A stretch of DNA of 64,000 bases from Octopus vulgaris (Eukaryota): contig OX597815.1 in NCBI GenBank assembly GCA_951406725.2, positions 130,324,001 through 130,388,000 of the forward strand. The letters run 5' to 3'. The position numbers and the translations under genes are program-made. Below, piece by piece: positions 52,166 through 64,000 of the stretch. The notes below the pieces were generated by a model that worked only from the letters and a program-made list of their open reading frames with translations, was not told where the DNA came from and ran no database searches. Position 1 is the first letter of the stretch; every line of letters begins with the position of its first letter.

Positions 52166-52270
52166 TAATACTAGTTATAATACTAGTATTATAGTATTAT
52201 AATACTAGTATTATAATACTAGTATTATACTAGTATTATAGTATTATAACTAGGGTTATAATACTAGTAT
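52163..52270. repeat. Tandem array of palindromic tataatactagtat units
   Basis: Direct reading. Confidence 0.8.
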
Positions 52271-52281
52271 ATATATATATT

Positions 52282-52592
52282 GCCGTGATCACCGTGACCA
52301 ACCAGGCTATCAGATGTTGCTACACATCGCTGGTCACAATGCGCTTCGCATTGTTTTAGCCTTCAAATGACGCCACCCCACTGGCTAAGCAAGCAGACCA
52401 ACAGAAGAAAGAGTGAGAGAAAGTTGCGGCGAAAGAGTACAGCAGGGATCGCCACCATCCCCTGCCGGAGCCTTGTGGAGCTTTAGGTGTTTTTGCTCAA
52501 TAAACACTCAAAACGCCCGGTCTGGGAATCGAAACCGCAATCCTACAACCGCAAGTCCACTGCATTAACCACCGGGCCATTGCGCCTCCACA
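52282..52592 (-). mobile_element. tRNA-derived SINE (distinct family)
   Basis: Minus strand head ggaggcgcaatggcccggtggtta...ggtttcgattcccagacc followed by ttgagcaaaaacacctaa. Confidence 0.7.
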
Positions 52593-53505
52593 TATGTATA
52601 TATATATATATATGTTCCATCTACTGAACTCACTTGCAAGGCTTTGGTTAGTCTGGGGCTATATTTCAAGAAAGAAGCCCAAGGTACCACACTGTGGGAT
52701 TGAACTTGAAACCATGTGGTTAAGAAGCAAACTTCTGACTTCACAACCTCGAGGCCTTGAGATGAGGATGATGTACTTTGGAATCTGCTATCTGATCATT
52801 ACCATTTAACTCTACTCATATTAAAGTTCTGCATCACTGGTGGCAAGTCATTGGGGATACCTGTGGGCAGTCCCTGACATGCTAGAAATGGAAGCCAGAT
52901 TTCCTGTAAATCAGCACAGCCTATTGTCTTAGAAAAAGACAGTGTAGTCATGGTCGGAACACCTTTGATCAGAAGTCTGCTGGATCAGAGCTGACCTGGG
53001 GCTAAACAACAACTGCTGTTGCTACTCTTGCTTCTGTTACTACTGCTACCATCACCATTACTAACATCAATTCCAGTGCTGCTGCTGCTACTACTACTAC
53101 TACTACTATTACTACTACTACTACCCTCACCCCCACACCACTATTTCTAGATTTCTGGTAGATATCTTTAGAAATGCCTCAAATAGCTGTATAGGTCACT
53201 GATGTTTAACCCTGGGTCAACCCTAACTGAGCAGATATTTGATCAAAGGCATTCCAGTTGTAACTGTCCTGTTGTATGGGTAGTATTTAGGACTATATTT
53301 TTTTCTAATGTGTTCTTTCCTCTTCTTTAAATTTCTCTAAGAGGAATTTCGTTGCTATTTCTAACAGATTCAGCAACCACGTTGAGGTCAGCTTGTTTGC
53401 ATATATTGAAGATTCAAGGCCAGAAGTGCATTGTGCAGATATCAAAAGACAACTTCTTTCTTTCTTTCTTTCTTTCTTTCTACACACACACACATAAATA
53501 CACAT

Positions 53506-53538
<33 letters not shown>

Positions 53539-54074
53539 CATACATGTGTGTGTGTGTGTAGATATACACACTCATGTATATATATATAAACAGTGTGAAA
53601 ATATATTTACAAGCACATACCTTGATAATAGGTATAGTTATTTAACCACGCACCTGCACACACCCTCCCCCTCACGTTCCTTTCATGCTTTCAGTCATTC
53701 ATATCTTTACACCCCACTCTCTCACTCTCACTTTCTCTGTTTGTTTATGCAGGCAAACGTGTATGATTTGGCATACATACCAGTAGTTATTGCAAATATT
53801 TTCTAGGCATACATATCTCCCTCATGCACCAAATGTCAACTTCTAAAGAGAATTAGTGAAGTAAAATTAAGTAGCAACAATGAATGGCAGTGCACCAGTA
53901 TGGCCACAGCTCATGAGCTGAAACTAAATCAAATCAAATCAAATCATACACACTCCACTGCTTTGTAGAAACGTTTTCAACTATACACTTTACATTCTCA
54001 GAATCAATGACAATAGTTGACCATATTCTCTCTCTTTTTCTCTTTCATATATATGTATACATATATATATATAT

Positions 54075-54620
54075 ATCATCATCATCATCATCGTTTAACG
54101 TCCGTTCTCCATGCTAGCATGGGTTGGACGGTTCGACCGGGGATCTGGGAAGCCAGAAGGCTGCACCAGGCTCCAGTCTTATCTGGCAATGTTTCTACAG
54201 CTTGATGCCCTTCCTAACACCAACCACTCCGTGAGTGTAGTGGGTGCTTTTTACGTGCCATCTGCACAGGTGCCAGGCGAGGCTGGCAACGGCCACGGTC
54301 GGATTGGTGTATTTTATGTGCCACCGGCACGGAAGCCAGTCGTGGCGGTGCTGGCATCGGCCACGAGTCGGATAGTGCTTTTTACGTACCACCAGACCAG
54401 GGATCCTGGCTGGTTCAATTCGATTTCGATTTCGCTTGCCCCAACATGTCTTCGCAAGCAAAGGGGTTGGGATGGGTGCCTGTCGTACGGTTGGATTGGT
54501 GTATTTTACGTGCCACCGGCACGGAAGCCAGTGGAGGCGGCGCTGGCATCGGCCACGAGTCGGATAGTGCTTTTTACGTACCACCAGACCAGGGATCCTG
54601 GCTGGTTCAATTCGATTTCG
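54075..54620 (-). mobile_element. Family C repeat with an internal ~130-bp duplication
   Basis: 54300-54430 is repeated at 54492-54620. Confidence 0.8.
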
Positions 54621-54656
<36 letters not shown>

Positions 54657-55555
54657 TTGTGTATGTGTGTGTGTGTGTGTTTGTGTATGTGTGTGTGTGT
54701 GTGTGTGTGTTTATGCATGTGTGTGTGTGTGTGTGTGTTTATGCATGTTTATGTGTGTGTATGTGTGTATGTGTTTATATATGTGTGTGTGTGTATTATA
54801 TATATATATATATATACATGGGCATGTATGTGTATTTATGTGGGTGTGTGCATGTGTTTTTACATATATGGGTGTGTGTGTGTGTGTATTTATATATATA
54901 TATATGGGCATGTATGAGTGTGTGTTTATGTATATATGGGCATATGCATGTGTGTGTTTATATATATATGTGTATTTATGTGTGTGTTTTTCTCCTCATA
55001 TTTCAGTGTGCATTTAGTAATTTATTTCAATGTATGAATTGACTACTACTACTACTCTAAAAGCTAAATTTATTATCTTTTGTCATGTAAACCTATGTAA
55101 AGATTTCTCTCCCTACATAACAAAGCCTATTTATTGTTAGTTCTGTACATATATATATATATATATATATCATCATCATCATCATCATCATCATATATAT
55201 ATTAGCCCTTTGTGGGTAGTAAAGAAATAGGTATTAGGTGGTCCAGGGTTATAGTAGAAGATACTTTCCCAATGTGTCATGCATTGAGACTGAACCTGAC
55301 ACCATGTGGTTCCAAAGCAAGCATCTTAACCACACAACCATGCCTGCGACTATACACAGTTGTAGTGTTACTTTCCTCCCATATATATATATATATATAT
55401 ATATATGCATGTTTGTGTGTGCACACATAGTTCTCTCTCCCTATACCTACCACCATCTACCTATTTATCCATCTTTCTGCCTTGCTTTCATATATATACA
55501 TGTGTGTGTTTATATATATATATAGGCCAATAATGGCCGAAACCTATCTATCAAA

Positions 55556-55615
<60 letters not shown>

Positions 55616-57114
55616 ATTTTAGAGTGAGAGAGAGAGAGTACAATTGTCACAACAACCATCAATCCACCACTACCTATTTTTCAGTTTTAGATCGAACAAG
55701 AAAAAAATCAAAAAAAGAAAAAAGAAAGAAAAATCACTCTGAGTTACATTAAGTAATTCTTCCATAGATGAAGTGAAGTCAATAAAAGTCAAGTGACAAA
55801 AGACAACACTTAACTTACACAAATCTAAGTGATTACAACAATATTGACCTTCTTTTCTTGCTGTCTAAAAAATATCACCTCATCCAGGTTTGTCTGCCTT
55901 TTACCTTTTATTTATTATTGAGGAAGACACTACATGGTTGCTTGCTTTGCTAGAAGTAGCAGCTGAATCTTCCTCATATCCCATCTTGTCACCTTCAATC
56001 TATAGGGGTCAATAAATAAAAATTCAGTTGCTACAGTGTTTTTCTTGAGATAGCATTTCTTATGTAATTGTTGTGTTAAAAGCACAATAAATATAAGAGA
56101 GAGAGATGGAAATCCACTCCAATAGCTACCACTGAGAACACTCAATGCATTTCAGACCTTTTGGGCCTTTTCAGTGGCATGTACTCACAGCCAGACATGT
56201 GTTCAGAAAGGAATTTGTTGCTTCTGAGGTAGGAAAAAGGAAATAAAACCTTCACTGATGTTGCAAATATCTGTTTGGCTGAGCAGAAATCCAGTATATG
56301 CAATGGAAGCAATATTAAATTAAAATAACCATTTATGGCCATTAAAAAGGACAAAATGCATCTGGTACCCATGCTGGCTCCTGTTGGCAGGAATTTTCAT
56401 CTCTCTTTGGTATTTATTCTGTTTTCATCAGAGCAAGCCCATAAAAGATGCTATCTCTGGACAAACACTGCAGTAACTGGCTTATAAACAGTGTGTATAT
56501 ATTAAGTACGATGCACAGATGGCTGTAGATAAATATGTTTGGTTTTCATGATCCTGAATGGCAGAACCTATGATCTTTTAAAGAACATTATACACTGGTA
56601 GGAGAGAGATAGAGGAAGGTATTCTTAATCTCAAAAACTAGAGATCTGGATTTTAGTAGAATAGTGTCTGTTAAAGGTACCCAAGGCACAAGGAATTGTG
56701 TTAAATCAGGCAACTTGTTAAGTTTTCCACCCAGATACTCAGAATATTTTATCTTTTACTTATTTCCCTTCTTATTTTTTTCAAGTCTGGTGTCTATTCT
56801 TTGATATGTTTTGCCAAAAGTCCATGGTTTTCATAGGCTCTCTGGGGCTTGTGAGATCAACATGGCTGAAGTTTTTCTTGAGCTCCAGTCAGGTGACAAT
56901 CTGGCATTGGAAAACGATTGATAATTATGGTTAGCACAGTCGCTGCTTGGATAATAGATACAATATGGATGTTGACATATGAGTTGGGCAGGTTTGGTTC
57001 GGCTGAGATGAACTGGCTCTGGTGAACATAGGTCACTGTAGAAGCAACAGAAAGAGTAAAGAGAGGAGACAACTAGAAAAAAATGGGGTGACTTTGAATC
57101 AAAGTAACTGAAAG

Positions 57115-57322
57115 GCTCTCTGTGTGGCTGAGGGTATGTCTGAGAGGGCCATTATGAACAGTAGTGGTCCCAAAACAGTGCCTTGCGGAGCACCACTCAC
57201 TATTTGCGTGTCATTGGAGGTGGCCCCATTGGCTACTACCACCTGACATCTATCTTTCAGAAAGTCATGAAACCATTCTCCCAATTTTCCAACTATGCCA
57301 AGATCACACAGTTTGTGACATA
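57115..57322 (-). pseudogene. CR1-like LINE RT fragment
   Basis: LGEWFHDFLKDRCQVVVANG...SGAPQGTVLGPLLF. Confidence 0.85.
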
Positions 57323-57431
57323 TATATATGTTTATACTGGAGTAAGCACATAAATGTGAAACAAGGTGGATAAAAGAGTACTCAAATACCAGAGGTAGAG
57401 TAATATGCTTTATTTAAAAGCAGCAGAAATA

Positions 57432-57486
57432 TAACAAAAGCTGTTACTCAGAGTTTCAAGTTCCCGTTCGTTGGACAGTTTTGTTA
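57432..57486 (-). ncRNA. Hammerhead ribozyme-like motif in a Penelope-like terminal repeat (core variant)
   Basis: Minus strand: aacaaaactgt-CCAACGA-acgggaactt-GAAAC-tctga-GTA-acagcttttgtt; long stem I pairs. Confidence 0.6.
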
Positions 57487-58022
57487 GAATAGAACAGAAA
57501 TAACAATATGATCAAAACTAGATAAAGGATACACCTTTAAAAATGGATTTGTTTCATTGGTCCTTTCAAATAACAGTCTTAAGCATATGATAAACAAAAT
57601 AAATGAATTCAATATAAATTATAAATTATAAAAATTGAGTAAAAACCTTAAATCGAAGAGCGGATTCAAAATACATATTGTCATTAATTATGTATGAAAT
57701 ATAATTCGATTAATACAATTAATACATTAAAAATTAAAATATTTCACAACAGTATATATGCATACTAAACCATATATATATATATGTTTATATATATATA
57801 TATATGTCTGTGCTGGTGGCACATAAAAAGTACCCACTACACTCTCGGAGTGTTTGGCATTAGGAAGGGCATCCAGCTGTAGAAACTCTGCCAGATCAAG
57901 TTTGGAGCTTGGTGCAGCCATCTGGTTCTCCAGCCCACAGTCAAAATCGTCCAGCCCATGCTAGCATGGAAAGCGGACGTTAAACAATGATGATGATATA
58001 TATATGTTTATATATATATATA

Positions 58023-58059
<37 letters not shown>

Positions 58060-58084
58060 GTTATATATATATATGTTGATATAT

Positions 58085-58470
58085 ATATATATATAAAGCT
58101 GAAGTTGTCTGTGTATGGCAGGTTTGGTAGCCTTCAACTAACACTATCTCCTCCGAGACCCTGCGGCGCAAGTTGACCAAAATTGAGAGTATGATAGAAG
58201 GATTGCTCTTCCTTCCGTAGAAGAAAAAAATTCAAATTGGACCATGTTAACACCAAAAATTATTAACATCAAAAAGGTGCTTTTTTCTATGAAAATCCCT
58301 ATTATTTACGATTTTTTGACTACTGTATTGCCATTTTTCGGTGTATTTCAACCAGAAAAATGTTCACTTAAAGAGAATAACAAGCTACATAATGCAACAT
58401 TTTTACTTTTCAAAAATTCTAATTCTAAAGGGTCGAAACAAACCCGAGCAACACTAGGAGATACTGCTAG
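58085..58470 (+). mobile_element. Non-autonomous Helitron-like element
   Basis: tatataaa start, subterminal degenerate hairpin (cccgagcaacactagg) and CTAG|T 3' end. Confidence 0.6.
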
Positions 58471-58471
58471 T

Positions 58472-58527
<56 letters not shown>

Positions 58528-58787
58528 ATATATATATACACATATGTATAAGATATAAGCATACATAAGAGTCTCTAGTTTCAATACTTAGTTAGGTCGA
58601 TGTACTCCCAATCTTCAGGTCTGGATTTTACACATTTATTACTCTATCTGCATCCTATATAACTCTATGATAATTGAAATTATTTGACGAAAAATTTTAT
58701 TTTACAAATTAATGAGTAAAAATAATGAATAAACCTTAAAAATTTAATAAACAAAAATTTAAGGAATATGTATACATATATATATAT

Positions 58788-59019
58788 AACTTATAAACAA
58801 GGGCTAAAGAAAATTATTTCTATGCCAATAGCTGATAACAGACTTTTAAATCGTCAATTTCCACATATGTATATATATATTCTGTTGGCCAGCTTTCCTC
58901 GATTTCAGCTCTATGTGTTTTCTGTGGCGAGTAAATAATATGTGGAAATTGACGATTTAAAAGTCTGTTATCAGCATATTGGCATAGAAATAATTTTCTT
59001 TAGCCCTTGTTTATAAGTT
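58788..59019. repeat. 81-bp inverted repeat (58788-58868 / 58938-59019)
   Basis: Near-perfect reverse-complement arms. Confidence 0.9.
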
Positions 59020-59136
59020 GTTTATAATTCTAACCGTAAAGGTATTTTAATATGCTGCCACATTTTCTGATGAAATTTTTTTCTGTAAAAAAGCTTCATC
59101 CTATATTAGTAGTACACATATATATATATATATATA

Positions 59137-59527
59137 TTCTTTTACTTGTTTCACTCATTTGACTGCAGCCATGATGGAGAACCGCCTTTAGTCAAGCAAA
59201 TCGAGCCCCGGACTTATTCTTTGTAAGCCTAGTACTTATTCTATCGGTCTCTTTTGCTGAACCGTTAAGTTACGGGTACGTAAATGTACCAGCATCGGTT
59301 TTCAAGCGATGTTGGGGGACAAACACAGACATACAAACATATACACACACATACATATATATATGATAGGCTTCTTTCAGTTTCCGTCTACCAAATCCAC
59401 TCACAAGGCTTTGGTCGGCCCAAGGCTATAGTAGAAGACACTTGCCCAAGGTGGCACACGGTGGGACTGAACCCGGAACCATGTGGTTGGGAAAGCAAGC
59501 CACTTACCACACAGCCACTCCTGCGCC
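59137..59527 (-). mobile_element. Full-length SINE family B
   Basis: Reverse complement of 14412-14813. Confidence 0.85.
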
Positions 59528-59900
59528 TATATATCTATATGTGTTTATATATATGAGCGTGATCGTTACCAATGTCGCCTTACTGGCACCTGTGCTGGTG
59601 GCATGTGTAAAACGATTCGAGCGAGGTCGTTGCCAGTACCGCCTGACTGGCCCCCATGCCGGTGGCACGTAAAAAGCACCTACTACACTCTCGGAGTGGT
59701 TGGCATTAGGAAGGGCATCCAGCTGTAGAAACTCTGCCAAATCAAGATTGGAGCCTGGTGCAGCCATCTGGTTCGCCAGCCCTCAATCAAAATCGTCCAA
59801 CCCATGCTAGTATGGAAAGCGGACGTTAAACGCTGATGATGATGATGGTGATGATATATATGAGTGTGTTTATATATATATATATGCACACACACACATG

Positions 59901-60292
59901 CACAGGCATGGCTTTGTGGTAAGTAGCTTGCTTCCCAACCTCATGTTTCTGGGTTCAGTCCCTCTACATGGCACCTTGGGCAAGTGTCTTCTACTATAGC
60001 TTCATGTCGACCAAAACCTTGTGAGTAGATTTGGTAGATGGAAAGTGAAAGAAGCCTTTCGTATATGTATTTATGTGTATGTATGTTTGTGTCTGTGTTT
60101 GTCCCCTCAACATTACTTGACAACCGATGCTGGTGTGTGTATGTTCCTGTAATGTAGCGGTTTGGCGAAAGAGACCAATAGAATAATTACTAGGCTTACA
60201 AAGAATAAATCTTGGGGTTGATTCGCTTGACTAAAGGCAGTGCTCCAACATGGCTGCAGTCAAACAACTGAAACAGATAAAAGTATAAAAGA

Positions 60293-60294
<2 letters not shown>
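59901..60294 (+). mobile_element. Full-length SINE family B
   Basis: Colinear with 14412-14813. Confidence 0.85.
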
Positions 60295-60347
<53 letters not shown>

Positions 60348-60699
60348 GAGATATGTATATATGTATGTAATATAATGTTATATATAATTACTTTCAATCA
60401 TTAACTGAAGTATTCTCAATATAGTTGAGTATCAAATTTATTTCTTCAAGGAAAAGGTTGACAGTGGCTTCAAAGTTTCCTAGCAATAAATATATGTTTG
60501 TGTGCATGTGAGAATGTGTGTGAGTGTCTTGTAAATTGATTGGATAAATTATCTATATAACTGTCACCAGGAATTAGTTGTCATGACTGCAGCATTCAGC
60601 ATTTCTTCCAAGTGTCATCTTCTTGAGGGAGAATTGTTTCTGAATCACTTTTTCACTGTCCACTATGTGATATCTGCTGTTACACATTTAGCTGTGTGA

Positions 60700-61075
60700 T
60701 ATGTGTGATATGAATATGGGAAGAATGAGATGATTAGGAACAGCTGTTTGGCTGCTGTTATTTATACAGATATACTCGCATCACATAACAATACGGCACA
60801 ATTATTTCACCTCAATGGGCCCTGCTCTCTTTAACATTACACCAAAACACATTAAAGCAGAAACAGATCCCATAAAATTCAAGAAGTCTTTGGACAAATT
60901 CTTTCAAAAGATCCGACATAAACCTCCTACACCCGGATATGTCTCCATAAACAATAACTCTCTCCCCAAGTAGGCCATGTTGTCTGATTCTTGATTTGAA
61001 TGACTTTGCTAGGTGGTGCTATTAAGTTAGCCATGGCCTGGGCCAATACTGGCTGAAATCTATCAAAGTATCAAT
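60700..61075 (+). mobile_element. LINE 3' end, same family as 6415-6630
   Basis: Shared ttcaagaagtctttggaca...aaacctcctacacccggatatgtctc...ggcctgggccaat...tatcaaagtatc. Confidence 0.75.
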
Positions 61076-62986
61076 ATATATATATACACAAGCAAAATGC
61101 CCGCTGTTTAATGGATGGTGCTGAAATATATCTGTTGAATAAAAAGCAATCAGTATTTTCTTTTCATTAAAAAATAATTAAGCATGCCTTTATTTCAATA
61201 AAATTTTTGGTTTTGTTAAACGAAGTTAAGGCAAAAAAAAACTTCTTGAAAAACCAAATAGTCTTTCCTTCCTTCATGCCAAGTTTGATGAAAATATCTC
61301 TTTTGCATCTTACTTTTTTGGTCTCTTAAATATACTGCATTTTGTGGCATTATTTCAAACCAGCTGGCTTTTTTTGCGCAAACTGCACATGCATTTTTCT
61401 CGCATACGTGTAGTATCAACGCAACAGCTGATGTACTTGCATGTACAAATGCATGTTCCCACAGCTTTATCAATCGCATTCTCACCTGGAATAGATTTTT
61501 GTAATTTTTTTAAGACTTATACACGTCCTGATACCGTTGGCATCTACATATCGAATTTGAGCGCAATCGGATGGAGGATGCCCGAGATCCTAGAAGACAC
61601 ACACACACAGACAGACAGACAACGGATTTTATATAAAATATATATGTGTGTGTATAAAATCTGTCAAGCCAAGTTAAATTGTAGTTGGGGCTGTATCACA
61701 TAACTGGCAGATATAAAACACCTTTTGAGTGTTGGACCTCATAGATGCAAAGTGGCCAATGCTGGTGAAATGTGAAAAGCTACTTTTGAGTGTGGGCCTC
61801 ATGGAGGTAATGACGAATGACCGAGACCTTGGCATTATGTTGTGCTCCAGAAGAAGACCCATCAAGTGAAGTAAAATTGCAGTCATGGCAGATACTGGTG
61901 TCATGAAAATGGCACCCGTGCCAGTGGCATGTAACAGCACTTATTACACTCTCACATTGGTTCGTGTTAGGAAGAGTATCCAACCATAGAAACCATACTA
62001 AATCAGACTGGAGTCTGGTCCAACCTATGCCAGCATGGAAAGCAGACTCTAAATGATGATAATGATGATGATGATATTATGGCAGACCCAGAGATCTAAC
62101 TCTTGCTTACCAGCTTAGATATTATGTTTAACACTTCATCAACACTTCATATTCGTTCACTCTTTCATTGTCACATAGGAACATTTGCAGCAGCTCTGAT
62201 GATTTTAGCTCGTTTTGTTCATGGATACAGAACAGACTATATTTTTTTATAATTTTGTGATTGTCTCATAATGGTTTCCCTTTTATAAATTAACTTTTAT
62301 TAATATGTGTGTGTGTGTATGTGTGTGTGTGTGTGTGTGTGTGTACAAGTATATGTCAACATATTTTTGCTTCTATGTGTGTATGTGTGAATGTATTATA
62401 ATATATATATATGCATGTGTGTATACATATGCATACACACATATATATAATCTAGGACAATTATCAGCTGATGTTTAATGCTGTTTTGCTGTGTATTCCC
62501 GTAATAAACGTTGTAGAAAACTCTTGTAAACAGTCCAAGATATACAGCACTGGGAGACTATTCAAATACTGTAAATTCTTGAGTTAGGTACAATAATTTA
62601 CTTAATTCCACTTTGCCAAACTACCAACTTCTTCATCTGGTGGATCTCGCTTTTGCAAAGAGAGAGAGAGTAAGAGAGATGTGTTATATATTTCCCATCT
62701 GTTGTCAAATTAGATATAATGCAATGATGTTAGTAAAGCTTGATAAAATCTCAGATAGGTTGTAGCCAGATTGGCCAAGGCCATGTCTGACTTACAGCAC
62801 CTGATCTGTTATTGTTTGTTTTTGCTATGGCTCAGAGAGGGTGGGGTAGTATTTATGACCTGATACAGGGTCTTCCAGACTGTTAGCAGTGGGTGAGGAG
62901 TGGGGAAATGATTAACTCTTTTGTAAGCATATTTTTGTTGAGAAACACTGCTTCCTTTGTTTCAATTAATTTTGAATATACACATA

Positions 62987-63420
62987 GGTGTGGGTGTGTG
63001 GCAAGACGGTCTTGTTTTCCAACCACATAGTTCTGGGTTCCGTCCTACTGTGTGGCATCTTGGACAAGTGTCTTCTGCTATAGCCTCAGGCTGACCAAAG
63101 CCTTGAGTGGTACACAATAACTAAAAGAGAAACCCATTGAATGTGTGTGTGTGTATGTATATATATATGTATGTGTATCTTTGTGTCTGCATTTTCCCCT
63201 CCTCCACCACTCGACAACCAGTGTTGGTGTATTTATGTTCTTGTAACTTAGCATTTGGCAAAAGAGGTGGATAGAATAAGTACCAGGCTATAAGTACCAA
63301 GTAAAAGAGGTGGATAGAATAAGTACTAGGGTTGATTTGTTTGACTAAAATCCTTCAAGGTGGTGCCCCAGCATGGCCTCAGTCTAATGACTGAAACAAG
63401 TAAAAGATGAAAGATAAAGA
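62987..63420 (+). mobile_element. SINE family B, CpG-decayed
   Basis: Colinear with 14412-14813, with many CG>TG/CA changes. Confidence 0.8.
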
Positions 63421-64000
63421 AGAATTTTGTAAAATGGCAGTCGTTATTGGGTTGGTGTTAAGTGTGTTGAACAAAATACTTATGGCCATTTCTTCTGGCT
63501 TTTTACATTCCAAGTTCAAATGCCACTGAAGTCAACTTTACTGTTTTTCCTTTTGGGGTTGATAAAATAACTACCAGTTGCTGTTATTGACTGGCCCTTT
63601 TCTTTAAAATTTCAGATCTTGTGCCTATAATAGAAAGAATTATAACAATTACTCTGTGTGCATAAGTGAAAGCAGGGTAGCTTTGTCTGTGTGTTTGCAA
63701 AATTACTGGAAAACAGCTGAATGGATTTTCACCAAATTTGGCAGAAATACTCATTGGGTGAGTGGCTCGAAATCATGAAAATTTGGTTAGATTATCTTCA
63801 AACCTACATAAATACATACATTGATATGCAACTGTGTATGTATGCATGTGTGTGTGTGTGTCTGTGTCTGTGTGTGTGTATAGTGATGGATTTGAGGGTT
63901 TTGTTTATTTATGAGCTGATTTCTTAATTTCACTGGAGTGTAAATACCTATAGTAGTGATACCTACAAAAAAAAAAGAAGTGTTTTTTTTAATCGAACTT

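Noticed and set aside
54111-55042. Long Cys/Val/Tyr-rich ORFs (268 aa, 198 aa)
   Set aside because: Translations of a repeat element plus (TG)n/(TA)n microsatellite; the same applies to ORFs at 4615-4926 and 53305-53571
55930-56620. Possible host exon or old LINE fragment
   Set aside because: No clean frame, splice signals or diagnostic motif could be established

Overview
Eukaryotic, repeat-dense DNA. The SINE families and microsatellites look like those of an octopod cephalopod (Octopus); this is an inference from family recognition. There are no intact protein-coding ORFs. Positions 1-38.3 kb are a nested transposon graveyard: a mariner fragment, a CR1-like LINE split by a non-coding LTR element, Penelope-like remnants, a CsRn1-type Gypsy carrying CR1 and Chapaev3-like insertions, a solo LTR, an R4/Dong LINE split by a Gypsy-like element, a second related Gypsy-like element, MITEs and many SINEs. 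A probable host-gene promoter and short first coding exon lie at about 39.0-39.4 kb, followed by a long CpG-depleted, intron-like region. Three observations stand out. (1) Two diverged LTR retrotransposons have a primer-binding site that lacks TGG and is instead the exact complement of the first 12 nt (5' end) of tRNA-Phe. (2) A non-coding LTR element carries an array of about six LTR-end/tRNA-Trp-PBS junctions. (3) Four to five minimal type I hammerhead-ribozyme motifs lie in Penelope-like repeats; one sits at the inner end of a 178-bp inverted repeat, and two share covarying downstream hairpins.
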